DNA of 32,000 nucleotides from assembly GCF_000172995.2 (NCBI RefSeq), contig NC_014736.1, forward strand, positions 90,001 to 122,000, written 5' to 3'. The notes below the pieces were generated by a model. The model searched no databases. It was given only the letters and a program-made list of their open reading frames with translations, and was not told the origin of the DNA. Made by a program: the position numbers and the translations under genes. This stretch comes from Halogeometricum borinquense DSM 11551. GTDB taxonomy: Archaea > Halobacteriota > Halobacteria > Halobacteriales > Haloferacaceae. Each line of letters opens with the position of its first letter. Position 1 is the first letter of the stretch. Positions 14,846 to 23,394 of the stretch are shown piece by piece.

Positions 14846-15970
14846 GGTCACGGCTGTCGACAGTTTGCTGAGTGAGTCAAAAGCCAATTGCTGATAGAAC
14901 TTCGGTGTCGTCACCAACACTCTGTAACTGAGTTCGTATTCGGGGAGACTAACATGGTGGTCGAACTATCTCAATATCCTTACTATGACGAAGAAGTGAA
15001 ATTTATTCGATATAGCAATGACGCACTTTTCGAGTTGAGCAAAGAGATGGCCCCATCCCCGATGATCTCCCACACTGATATCCAATCGTGGTACTCTGAG
15101 AACTCGGACACCGATCGCGTGCCGTGAAAGGTCACACGAGGCGCGACTTTACCTGACAGACATTTTATTTGATCGGCGGCGACAACCCACGTGTGCACCG
15201 CTCGCTTCGATTTTTGAGTTAGTCGTGAAATCGCCTTGTTCGTCGGTTTCAACGTCGGCGACAGTATCTCAAGTCCAACATACTCCGGCAATTGCACGAA
15301 AGTATGTTCAGATATTATGATATTCCTTTGATATTAAACTCGTTATTCTGAATAGATGACACAGACGGAAGACGGCGAAAACAACTGAGTACAGCCACCA
15401 CCTAGACGTTGTTCACGGAGCTTCGAAGTCCGCCAGCAAACTAGCGGAACAAATAATACCGGAATATCAGCAACCGCTGTCCTATCGTAGTCCGATTATC
15501 ATATCTTGTATACTGAGACGGATGAATAACAGCCATTCATTCTAGCCTGACTAGTAAAATACTTGAAATGTGAGCGGCGTTCTGCAGTACAATGCTCTGT
15601 TGACCCCGATAGAGAACCCCCGACTGCTTCCAGCGGTGAGTATCGTTCCAATAGAAGTCTGAACAGGAAATGGTCCCGACTACGCTACGCTCGACCCCCT
15701 CAGAGCCAGTCGTTTTTTCACTGTTCCTGGACAAGTATCGATCATGCATTACGGTCCTACTTTTGTAATACTGTAATTTTACACCTGGCTTTCAAAATTT
15801 CAGTTATACTGAAACAAATAGCCGGATCGATACGACATCTGGATTGCTCATATTGCGGAGAACAGGTCAGCGGGTGGGGATGAGTCGTCAGAGGGCGAGA
15901 TGCAAGGAAAAGGTCAAACTCTGAGCGAAAGCCGCATTAGTGGAGAGATCTGGAATCATTGTGTGACTCA

Positions 15971-16897
15971 TCAGTCCATGACTGCAGTAAAGACATCTTC
16001 GAGAGACTGGGTCTCCGTCTCGAAGTCCACTACCTCTATGCCGGCCTCAGACAGCGCGATTACGACGTCAGAACGAACGTCAGTCCGAGAGCATTTGACA
16101 CAGATATCTGACTCACTGATCCAAGCGTCCGTAACACCGTCGATCATCTCAACCGTCTCTGGGACACGCTCAGGCGTCGAATTAACGTTTATCCTTATTG
16201 TTGGACCCTCGTTCGCCTGTCCGAGAAGCTCTTCCATCTGCGCTTCCCTAACCAAGCTCCCGTCTTTTATGATTTCGACCCGGTCGCAAACCGCTTGCAC
16301 GTGCCCCAGTTGATGCGAGGAGAAAAAGACTGTCGCTCCCTTCGTGTTCTCCTCCTCAATTATCTCTTTGACCCGGGCGGCACCCAACGGATCAAGGCCC
16401 GCAATCGGCTCATCGAGGATGAGCAAATCCGGGTCTCCAACTAGTGCCATCGCAAGTCCAAGTCGTCGAGTCATACCACGTGAGTATCCTCCAGCCTTCT
16501 GCTCGGCGTCATCGGCAAGTCCAACCCGTTCAAGATAACCGAGGGGCTCGTCTTCATTATGGAGCTGGCAGGCCAACTCCACGTGGCGCAGTCCGGATAA
16601 CTTCGGATATGGCGTGAATCCTTCTGAGAGGATTCCTGTTCGGTTCTTGATTGTGAGTTCGTCCGTCTGAGGGTCATGACCAAACACTCGAACCCGTCCG
16701 CTGGAGGGCCTGAGGAAGTTCACCAACATCCCAATCGTAGTCGTCTTTCCCGCTCCATTCGGCCCGAGAAATCCGTATATCTCACCACGGGAAACGCGCA
16801 TGTCTAACTCGTTCACTGCGGTAACATCTCCGAACGTTCTGGTCACGTCTGTGAGCCTAATCGCAGCGCTATCTGTCGTCGGCGTTGTCTCAGTCAT
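15971..16897 (-). CDS. ABC transporter ATP-binding protein (ABC-2/DrrA-like subfamily)
   Basis: 308 aa. Walker A GPNGAGKTTT, signature-like YSRGMTRRLGLAMAL, Walker B LLILDEPIAGLDP, H-loop FFSSHQL. Confidence 0.93.
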   Translation of the reverse strand: MTETTPTTDSAAIRLTDVTRTFGDVTAVNELDMRVSRGEIYGFLGPNGAGKTTTIGMLVNFLRPSSGRVRVFGHDPQTDELTIKNRTGILSEGFTPYPKLSGLRHVELACQLHNEDEPLGYLERVGLADDAEQKAGGYSRGMTRRLGLAMALVGDPDLLILDEPIAGLDPLGAARVKEIIEEENTKGATVFFSSHQLGHVQAVCDRVEIIKDGSLVREAQMEELLGQANEGPTIRINVNSTPERVPETVEMIDGVTDAWISESDICVKCSRTDVRSDVVIALSEAGIEVVDFETETQSLEDVFTAVMD

Positions 16898-16899
16898 GG

Positions 16900-17865
16900 T
16901 TATTGATCAACCTCCATCCCTTCGATTCGCTTCCAAGCGTATAGTAGTGGACACACAATCCAGAGCAAAAGCACCAAACCAGCAATTGGCCACGAGAAGT
17001 ACACTGGCGGGTCCAGCGATACCATCCCGGTTGACATAAAGCCCTGTCCAAAGCTATCGACTTGTCCAACAGCGATCTGATATAATTTCGGGATCATTTC
17101 TTCGTGGGGCGCAGCAACGAGGACGAGATACGCTTGAGTGGGATCTAAAATCATCCCCGATGGGAATACTCCGACGAGACCGAGAATATACGATTGCAAA
17201 CCGACGAAAACGTTGACAATCACAAAAGTAACGACCATCGATACTCGCCGAGCCGTAGAGAACGAAACAGAGAGCGCAATCCCGATACTCAGCCACGCGA
17301 GTCCGTAGGCTACCGTCGAAGCTGAAAACGCGAGATAGCTCCAGACCGATGCAGTCTCGAAGTTATTTGTGATTCCAATCCAGCCGACGGCCAACGCCAC
17401 AACTAACGCCAACACGAAAACGGCGATTCGACCGAGAGACATCCCGAGTAGAATTTCCTGACGCGAACAGGGCAGCGATAACATCGTCCGTATCTGTCCC
17501 TTCGTTCGGAGATTAACAATCGTCGCGTAGCCGAGCAGCAACCCGACTATCGGAATGAGAAATACGAACGAGTGAAAGTGCCAAGTGGTGTCAACAAACC
17601 CGAAGATAGCGTAGACGGCATCAACCGTCTCGGGTTTGGTGAGAATCATATAGTATGAGCTCCTCGTAGCTGCAGTCCCATCCAAAACGTCCACGTCCGT
17701 CCCGATACGCCAAGATGAGAACATCAAAAACGCAAACAGGACGAGCACTGATTTCGATTTGAACAGACGACGGCCCTCCAAGCGCGCCAAGGCACTCATT
17801 GTCCGCTTGCGTATCGCTGTCTCGCCAATTAATACCCATTCTCTACTAGTGTTGTCAGACATCAT
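16900..17865 (-). CDS. ABC-2 family permease
   Basis: Multi-TM protein with the ABC-2 motif region NLRTKGQIRTMLSLPCSRQEILLGMSLGR. The track start at 17922 overlaps the upstream gene by 61 nt. I prefer the ATG at 17865-17863, which forms an ATGA overlap with the upstream stop. The gene ends 2 nt before the ATPase start. Confidence 0.8.
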   Translation of the reverse strand: MMSDNTSREWVLIGETAIRKRTMSALARLEGRRLFKSKSVLVLFAFLMFSSWRIGTDVDVLDGTAATRSSYYMILTKPETVDAVYAIFGFVDTTWHFHSFVFLIPIVGLLLGYATIVNLRTKGQIRTMLSLPCSRQEILLGMSLGRIAVFVLALVVALAVGWIGITNNFETASVWSYLAFSASTVAYGLAWLSIGIALSVSFSTARRVSMVVTFVIVNVFVGLQSYILGLVGVFPSGMILDPTQAYLVLVAAPHEEMIPKLYQIAVGQVDSFGQGFMSTGMVSLDPPVYFSWPIAGLVLLLWIVCPLLYAWKRIEGMEVDQ

Positions 17866-18716
17866 TCGAACACCTCGTTCCGAAACTGGAGGAAGCCGAC
17901 GGCGGTTGGAAGGATAATCCAACCCAGAACGACAACGGCAGCCAAAGGAAGTGAGAGCAGTTGTGGTGGCAAAAATGCGAGTGGTGAGTACATACCGTCA
18001 AATAGCGAGATCAAGAAACGCGAGTACGCCTGCAAAGGGTGAACGATAATGAGCCAAGACTTCTGCGACAAGAGTAAAACGGGGGTGAAGAGTAACGCAA
18101 AACCTCCTCCAATGACTCCGATAAGTCCCTGATTCCGCGTCGAAACAAGGGCAGAGAGGGCAATTGCTGGGGAGAGTAGTGCGATCCCGTATCCGATAGT
18201 GAGCGTGCCCGCAACGAGGAAAGAGCCGGCACCAAACTTCGATCCCGTTAGCAGCAGTCCAATTCCACCGACGGCAACCCCGATACAGATCATGGAAGCA
18301 AAGGCGGCTATTCGTGTAATCACCTTGCTGAGATAGATATCACGACGAGTCACCGGAAGCGACCCGAGACACGAGAGGTTTCCTCGTTCGCGGTCGTCGA
18401 TGAGTACTCCATACCCGAACAAAAACGCTAGAAACGGGAGCACGAGAGAAGCGAGGTCTACTACCTGAAACCAGAAGCGACTCGCTACGGTGTGCCCTGA
18501 GTCAAGCACGAGAACCGGTAAGAAAACCTTGGATGATGTCTCTGCAGTGACTGACGACACAACTGCAAGGACCATAACGCCAACAACGCAAAGTGCGATG
18601 ATCCAACTCAGCAAAGAACGAGCGAGCAACGCACCCTCGACTCGGATGAGAGCAAATAGCCGTCGCCGAAACGGTAAAGCTCTCGGGGGAGTGTTACTGG
18701 TATGCTCAGCGTGCAT
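17862..18716 (-). CDS. ABC-2 family permease
   Basis: 284 aa with about 6 predicted TM segments and the motif DDRERGNLSCLGSLPVTRRDIYLSKV. It is the first gene of a permease-permease-ATPase operon. Confidence 0.8.
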   Translation of the reverse strand: MHAEHTSNTPPRALPFRRRLFALIRVEGALLARSLLSWIIALCVVGVMVLAVVSSVTAETSSKVFLPVLVLDSGHTVASRFWFQVVDLASLVLPFLAFLFGYGVLIDDRERGNLSCLGSLPVTRRDIYLSKVITRIAAFASMICIGVAVGGIGLLLTGSKFGAGSFLVAGTLTIGYGIALLSPAIALSALVSTRNQGLIGVIGGGFALLFTPVLLLSQKSWLIIVHPLQAYSRFLISLFDGMYSPLAFLPPQLLSLPLAAVVVLGWIILPTAVGFLQFRNEVFE

Positions 18717-18848
18717 GAAAATGCATTCACATGTTACCAGTATATCAGTTATGGTTACAAATATTTGTCAGAGATTGTGGTGATTCCGTAGCGCAATCTC
18801 TTGAGAATTACTCGATATTATTTTTTCACCAAGACAAGTAAAATCGGA

Positions 18849-18874
18849 TTCCCGGCTAGTGTCTCAGCCAGGAA
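18849..18874 (-). terminator. Imperfect hairpin (TTCCCGGCT-N8-AGCCAGGAA) downstream of the Tat-secreted protein gene
   Basis: 9-nt arms with one mismatch, followed on the minus strand by a short T run (GATTTTAC). It sits in the 193-nt gap before the ABC operon. Confidence 0.25.
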
Positions 18875-18909
18875 ACACCGTTTCTCCGATAAACCGGTGA
18901 TTATTCAGG

Positions 18910-19890
18910 TTACCAGAATTTGGTACCTACATCCCACTTGAGCAGGTATCTGATCGCTTCGTTGAAAGCTCCATAGTGGTCAGCTGAACCGCTGATTTTC
19001 ACCGTTGTGTCGTCTTTCCAAAACACATCGGCTTCGTGATCCGCGTTCGTTTTGGGAATGACCGGGAAGTCCTTGTTCCAGAACGACGCCGTCTGATGCA
19101 GTTCCCCACCAGACTTCGAGTAATCGTAATCCTCGGTGTGCCAAGTGGTGTTGAAAGAATCAGGAACACTGCAGTCAATAACTTCGTCGGGGCAAGGGAA
19201 CCGGTCTCCGAAGGATTCACCGTCACAGGCGGCCCCGTCCACGGTGTTCGTGACTAACGAGTGATCCCCGAACTCGTAGTGATCCGAATTCCAATCGTTG
19301 TTCCAGACGCTAGTTGACCGAACTAGGGTTCCACATTCACTGGAGTTTGTCTCAACCCAGGCACCTCCGTCCCAATTGTCGCCGTAATCCGGGTCCGATA
19401 GACCCTGAGTATTGATCCCTTCGCCGCCAATTTGGACATCCGCGACGCTCTTTTCTTCGATTGAGAAGTTATCTTTGTCAAGCGTGTCAACACCCTCGCT
19501 GGTATCGGAAGCACTGACAGCCTTCTCAGCTGCATCGGGGTCAAGCGACAATGAATACCGTACTCCAGCCGGGTTATCCGAAGAATCCGAATCGGGTTCA
19601 GGCACGTCGTAAGCCAGATCGATATGTGCCCGGGACTTCACGACGTCTCCAGCCTGAACAAATACGACCGAAGCCTGTTCCAAGTTGTCCTTGTCACTCG
19701 TATCTAACTCGATCTTGTTGAGGACTTTCTCACCGTTCTCATTTTCTTTTTTCTTCCCTTTGTCATTCTGTGCTGCCGCAGAAGAGATCCCAAACATGGT
19801 TAGGGAGGACGCAGCACCAATACTGCGGAGGACTGATCGGCGATCGACACATCGGCTGGATGTCTCCTTTCGTGACATCAAGCTAACCAT
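18910..19890 (-). CDS. Tat-signal secreted protein of unknown function with a Cys- and Trp-rich C-terminal domain
   Basis: 326 aa. Twin-arginine signal SRCVDRRSVLRSIGAASSLTMFGISSAAA, then a K/E/N-rich linker, then a C-terminal domain with 5 Cys (ECGTL...AACDGESFGDRFPCPDEVIDC) and many W/D/N residues. The alternative start ATG at 19878 gives MSRKETSS... Confidence 0.75.
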   Translation of the reverse strand: MVSLMSRKETSSRCVDRRSVLRSIGAASSLTMFGISSAAAQNDKGKKKENENGEKVLNKIELDTSDKDNLEQASVVFVQAGDVVKSRAHIDLAYDVPEPDSDSSDNPAGVRYSLSLDPDAAEKAVSASDTSEGVDTLDKDNFSIEEKSVADVQIGGEGINTQGLSDPDYGDNWDGGAWVETNSSECGTLVRSTSVWNNDWNSDHYEFGDHSLVTNTVDGAACDGESFGDRFPCPDEVIDCSVPDSFNTTWHTEDYDYSKSGGELHQTASFWNKDFPVIPKTNADHEADVFWKDDTTVKISGSADHYGAFNEAIRYLLKWDVGTKFW

Positions 19891-19917
19891 AATTTGCTGA
19901 CTAATTCAATGTAACCC

Positions 19918-20070
19918 GTGTCAATTGGCGAGGGGTGACCTGTATGCGGTTGACGCACTGACTGGGGGAACGCGCTGGAAACAAGACCTGACCGCAGGCA
20001 AAGGATACGCGGTGTGGACCTTCGCACGCGCTACTGAGCGGCTGATTCTTCCTTATCAATGCTGCAAATA
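19918..20070 (+). pseudogene. Short remnant resembling one PQQ-like beta-propeller repeat
   Basis: My translation gives GDLYAVDALTGGTRWKQDLTAGKGYAVWTF..., which matches the G.LYA.DA.TG...W repeat of PQQ/BamB-like propeller proteins. Only about 50 codons are open, with no convincing start or context. Confidence 0.3.
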
Positions 20071-20283
20071 AGTCACGCATCAGAATCATCTTCCGAATTT
20101 GTACTGGTGGTCATCAAGTTTTGGATGATGATAATCGGCTGGTCAACCGGCATCTACATCACTCCGTTGGAACCAGAATAGAACTTAATTCAATCCAGAT
20201 TCTATTTGATCACTTCCGACCACGAGTCTATACCTACCGACGGCGGACCTGTAGCAGATCACACTGACAATTAATAGATTTAT

Positions 20284-21558
20284 TTGCCAGGGTATAATAT
20301 TGTATTATATGAACGAAAACAGCCTCAGAATCAGCCGGCGAGCAGTTCTTCGAACAGCTACAACGATGGGTATAGAACCGGTATAGTCGGAACGAACACA
20401 GCGACCAATGCCCCATCTGGTGTCAAGCAATATATCGTCCTTGCGGGTGAGCCTGGTCTCCGTGATCGACTTGAGAGTGCTAATTACGAAGTGTTGCATG
20501 AACTTGCTGCCGGTTCTATTTTTATCATTCAGGGACCGGAGGATATGGAGGGCGAGTTGGAATCGATTCCTGCTGTAAATAGCGCATTGTCAAACCAGAC
20601 TTACACTATTGAAACATCTGAACTACAGGCAGACAAAAGCATAGGTGATGCTACTACCGACTCACTGACTAACCAGCAGTATGCGATGAAAGGAACTCGT
20701 GCGTTCGAAGCGCACGATATTACGACCGGTAGCGGAATCATAGTTGCAGTGGTCGATACAGGGATTGATCATACGCATCCAGATCTCGAATCTCAACTCG
20801 ATCAAAAGCAGAGTCGGCTGTTCCGCAACAGTACCGTTCTTACTGGGACTGAGAAGATCAATGTTCCTACCGAGCTAGAGCCGGTAGAGCGTTTCGTTGC
20901 GACTGATATAGAGGGACACAGCACTCAAGTCGCCGGTATTGTCGCTGCATCGCAAAACGAAACAGGAATCGTTGGCGTCGCTCCCGATGCTAAGATCATT
21001 TCGCTTAGACCGTTCTTTTTCGACGAACTAGTAGGTGATATTCTTAGTTTGACTAGCACGTTTGCTGATCTTTTGGTCGCGATTGATTACGCCATTGATA
21101 TCGGTGTTGATGTTGTGAATGTTAGTTTAACAGTAGGAGATCCAGATCCAGGAAGTATATCACGGCGACGGGTGTATGCTGCACTCAATCGAATCATTGT
21201 ACATGCAATCGAGAATGGAACAACCGTCGTCGCTGCAATGGGCAACGATGGAATCAAACGATTTCTCCGGATATATCCTTCCTACCAGTAATCCAGAAAC
21301 GATAAGCGTTGCAGCATCCAACAGATCGGATGAACTTACCGAACAGTCCAACTTTGGAAACAGTACTGTAACTGTTGCTGCTCCCGGCAATCAAATCCTC
21401 TCACTAGCCCCAGACAGACTTTTCGAGGATCAGTATTCTCGCAGTTCTGGGACATCAGTAGCAGCACCACAAGTTACAGGGATTGTATGTTTGCTTCGCG
21501 AACTTGATTCTGAACTCCATCACCGGTCAATTAAACAATTGATCAAAAAGGGCGCAGT
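20284..21558 (+). pseudogene. Halolysin-like subtilisin (peptidase S8) gene, 5' portion: Tat signal in a different frame, one more internal frameshift, then cut by an IS insertion
   Basis: Catalytic motifs are VAVVDTGIDHTHPDL (Asp), EGHSTQVAGIVAA (His), AAMGNDG (oxyanion Asn) and SGTSVAAPQVTGIV (Ser, in the frame of ORF 21176-21601). The ATG at 20309 in another frame gives MNENSLRISRRAVLRTATTMGIEPV* (Tat signal), implying a frameshift near 20375-20385. A second frame change lies near 21250-21265 (GNDGIK / SNDFSGYILPTSNPETISVAASN). Confidence 0.85.
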
Positions 21559-21610
21559 GGCTCTGTTGAAATCCTTAGTAAGCTACATTTCCAGTCGGTA
21601 GTTTGAGTAG

Positions 21611-22431
21611 ATGCAGACTCTCCCAAAGTCTCGGTTGCTCCGGTTTGTCGAAGAAGCATTTCAGTTAGCGCAACGTGCCGTAGCTCGATACTTCTCAAAG
21701 TTCTCGAAACAACGTTACACTCTCCATCAACACATCGTTCTCCTGTGTCTCAAAGTTCGGAAAGACACAACGTATCGAACACTTCTCGACGAACTCATTG
21801 AGATGCTCCGTATTCGGAGCGCGATCAACCTCACCGAACTTCCTGCACCATCCACGCTGTGCAAAGCGTTCGGTAGACTCGATATGGCCGTCTGGAGAGT
21901 GGTTCTCAATCTCTCTGTTTCACTACTCCCGACCAACGGAGTTACGGGGATCGACGCTTCGGGCTTCGACCGCAGTCACGTCTCACAACACTACACAAAA
22001 CGAACCGAACTCACGATTCAGCAGCTCAAAGTGACGCTACTGGTCGATACGAAGCTAAACGCAGTCTTCGATCTACACGTGACGACGACACGAAAACACG
22101 ATACCAGATTGCGCCGTCCTTGATCAAACGCAATCCCGAGCAAATTGACATCCTTCTCGGTGACAAAGGATACGACGACCAGAAAATCAGACGGCTTGTC
22201 CGTCAACACGAGATTCGTCCACTGATCAAGCATCGTGAGTTCACATCGCTCCACAAGGCATGGAACGCACGCTTAGACGCTGATCTCTTCGGACAGCGGA
22301 GTCAATCCGAGACTGTCAACTCAACACTCAAGCGAAAGTACGGTGCGTTCGTCCGGTCACGACGCTGGTGGAAACAATTCCGTGAACTCACCATCGCCTG
22401 TCTCGTTCATAATATCGACCGATCACTCTGA
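21611..22431 (+). CDS. DDE transposase encoded as two overlapping frames (orfA 21611-22123, orfB 22120-22431; -1 frame change)
   Basis: orfB contains ILLGDKGYDD (DDE second Asp region) and SETVNSTLKRKYG...WWKQFRE...CLVHNI, a typical IS5/IS4-type C-terminus. The frames overlap at 22120-22123. This is either a programmed -1 frameshift or a mutation. Confidence 0.85.
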
Positions 22432-22466
22432 CCAGTCAATGCAGGATGAAAGTATCATAGAACAGC

Positions 22467-22718
22467 TCAAGCGGATGCAGAACGCCGTTTTGCAGCGTGT
22501 ACCCCGAGAAGATAGATTAGGATGACGAGAAGTTCGACTACGACTAACTCGATGACAGTACTAAAAACGAACGCAAGCCCCACTCCTAGAACGAATACAG
22601 ATGCTCCTACGACTACCGGGGAGCGCGAGCCATACTTTTTCGCCTCAGAATAGACGAACCACGAAATGAGAGCTTGTACTACGAGGAATATCGGGGTTCC
22701 AATACCGAATGCAAGCAT
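22467..22718 (-). CDS. Small three-TM membrane protein encoded inside the IS, antisense to the transposase (possible passenger gene)
   Basis: 83-aa ORF MLAFGIGTPIFLVVQALISWFVYSEAKKYGSRSPVVVGASVFVLGVGLAFVFSTVIELVVVELLVILIYLLGV... with three clear hydrophobic spans. It lies between the transposase stop and the right IR. Confidence 0.45.
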   Translation of the reverse strand: MLAFGIGTPIFLVVQALISWFVYSEAKKYGSRSPVVVGASVFVLGVGLAFVFSTVIELVVVELLVILIYLLGVHAAKRRSASA

Positions 22719-22864
22719 AGAAACATGTTTTTCCGTCTATACAAGTACTTTCGGTGATGATTGTCCACACCTCTTGACGGAGAGATGAACGGTAACTACG
22801 CAGTTCCCATCTACCGACTGTTTCATTCTACATTGTGTATGAAGAATAGGATTTCAACAGAGCC

Positions 22865-22960
22865 GGCGCAGTCAAATCTAGCGGTAACGAGACCAACGGA
22901 TTCGGTGCCGGTCGGATTGATGTTCTTAATACAATAAACACTTACTTAGAAAACAAATAA
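22865..22960 (+). pseudogene. 3' end of the IS-interrupted S8 protease gene
   Basis: Removing the IS and one copy of the duplication restores the frame: ...IKKGAV-KSSGNETNGFGAGRIDVLNTINTYLENK*, with TAA at 22958-22960. GFGAGRIDV..... is the conserved C-terminal element of subtilases. Confidence 0.85.
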
Positions 22961-22979
22961 CTGATGCAGCTTAGTTAAC

Positions 22980-23260
22980 GTCCTCCCACCCCGAAGGGCG
23001 GGAATTCCCCAATGTGGGGATATTGTGGTTTACAGCGTAGCCTGTTCTCGTGGTGTGAAGCAATCACTCTCTAAATCAAACAGGTGCGTCGATGACTATA
23101 CCAACCGCTGTTACTCCTATCATCGCCATCCGTAACGGGACTCGGAGATACTTTCTGTCGAATGTTCTCAGCACCGTTCACATCAGCGTTTGCTACCATT
23201 CCGCAGCTATCACACACGTACAACCGGTACAAAACAATCAACACAGGATTTCCAAACCTA
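22980..23260 (-). mobile_element. Remnant of an IS200/IS605-family element: TnpB C-terminal zinc-ribbon fragment plus a right-end hairpin
   Basis: Minus-strand translation of 23229-23071 gives YRLYVCDSCGMVANADVNGAENIRQKVSPSPVTDGDDRSNSGW...*, where CxxCG...NADVNGAENIR is the TnpB/OrfB zinc-ribbon end. Downstream on the same strand, 23002-22985 folds as CCCGCCC-UUCG-GGGUGGG. No N-terminal TnpB sequence is present. Confidence 0.55.
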
Positions 23261-23394
23261 TCATCTAACTAAACACAATAACTTTTGTACCCTTGGACTG
23301 ATCCTAAATATATTAACCATCACCGACTGCTCTCCGCTTGAGCGGCACAGATTAGCCAAGTCCAATTAGACATATTCGAAATAAATACCCAAGC

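Larger units (their letters stand above)
21559..22864 (+). mobile_element. Complete 1306-bp insertion sequence (IS5-family, ISH1-group-like) with 17-bp perfect terminal inverted repeats and an 8-bp target-site duplication
   Basis: The left IR GGCTCTGTTGAAATCCT (21559-21575) is the reverse complement of 22848-22864. The direct repeat GGCGCAGT flanks the element at 21551-21558 and 22865-22872. An 8-bp duplication plus the DDE motif context fits what I recall for the ISH1 subgroup of IS5. Confidence 0.88.

Noticed and set aside
14888-15127. 79-aa ORF in the low-GC boundary region
   Set aside because: It has an atypical, non-acidic composition, low GC3, no recognisable motif and no promoter context. 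I left it unannotated.
16900-17922. Long form of the second ABC-2 permease starting at 17922
   Set aside because: It would overlap the upstream permease gene by 61 nt. The internal ATG at 17865 forms an ATGA coupling overlap and still precedes the first TM segment.
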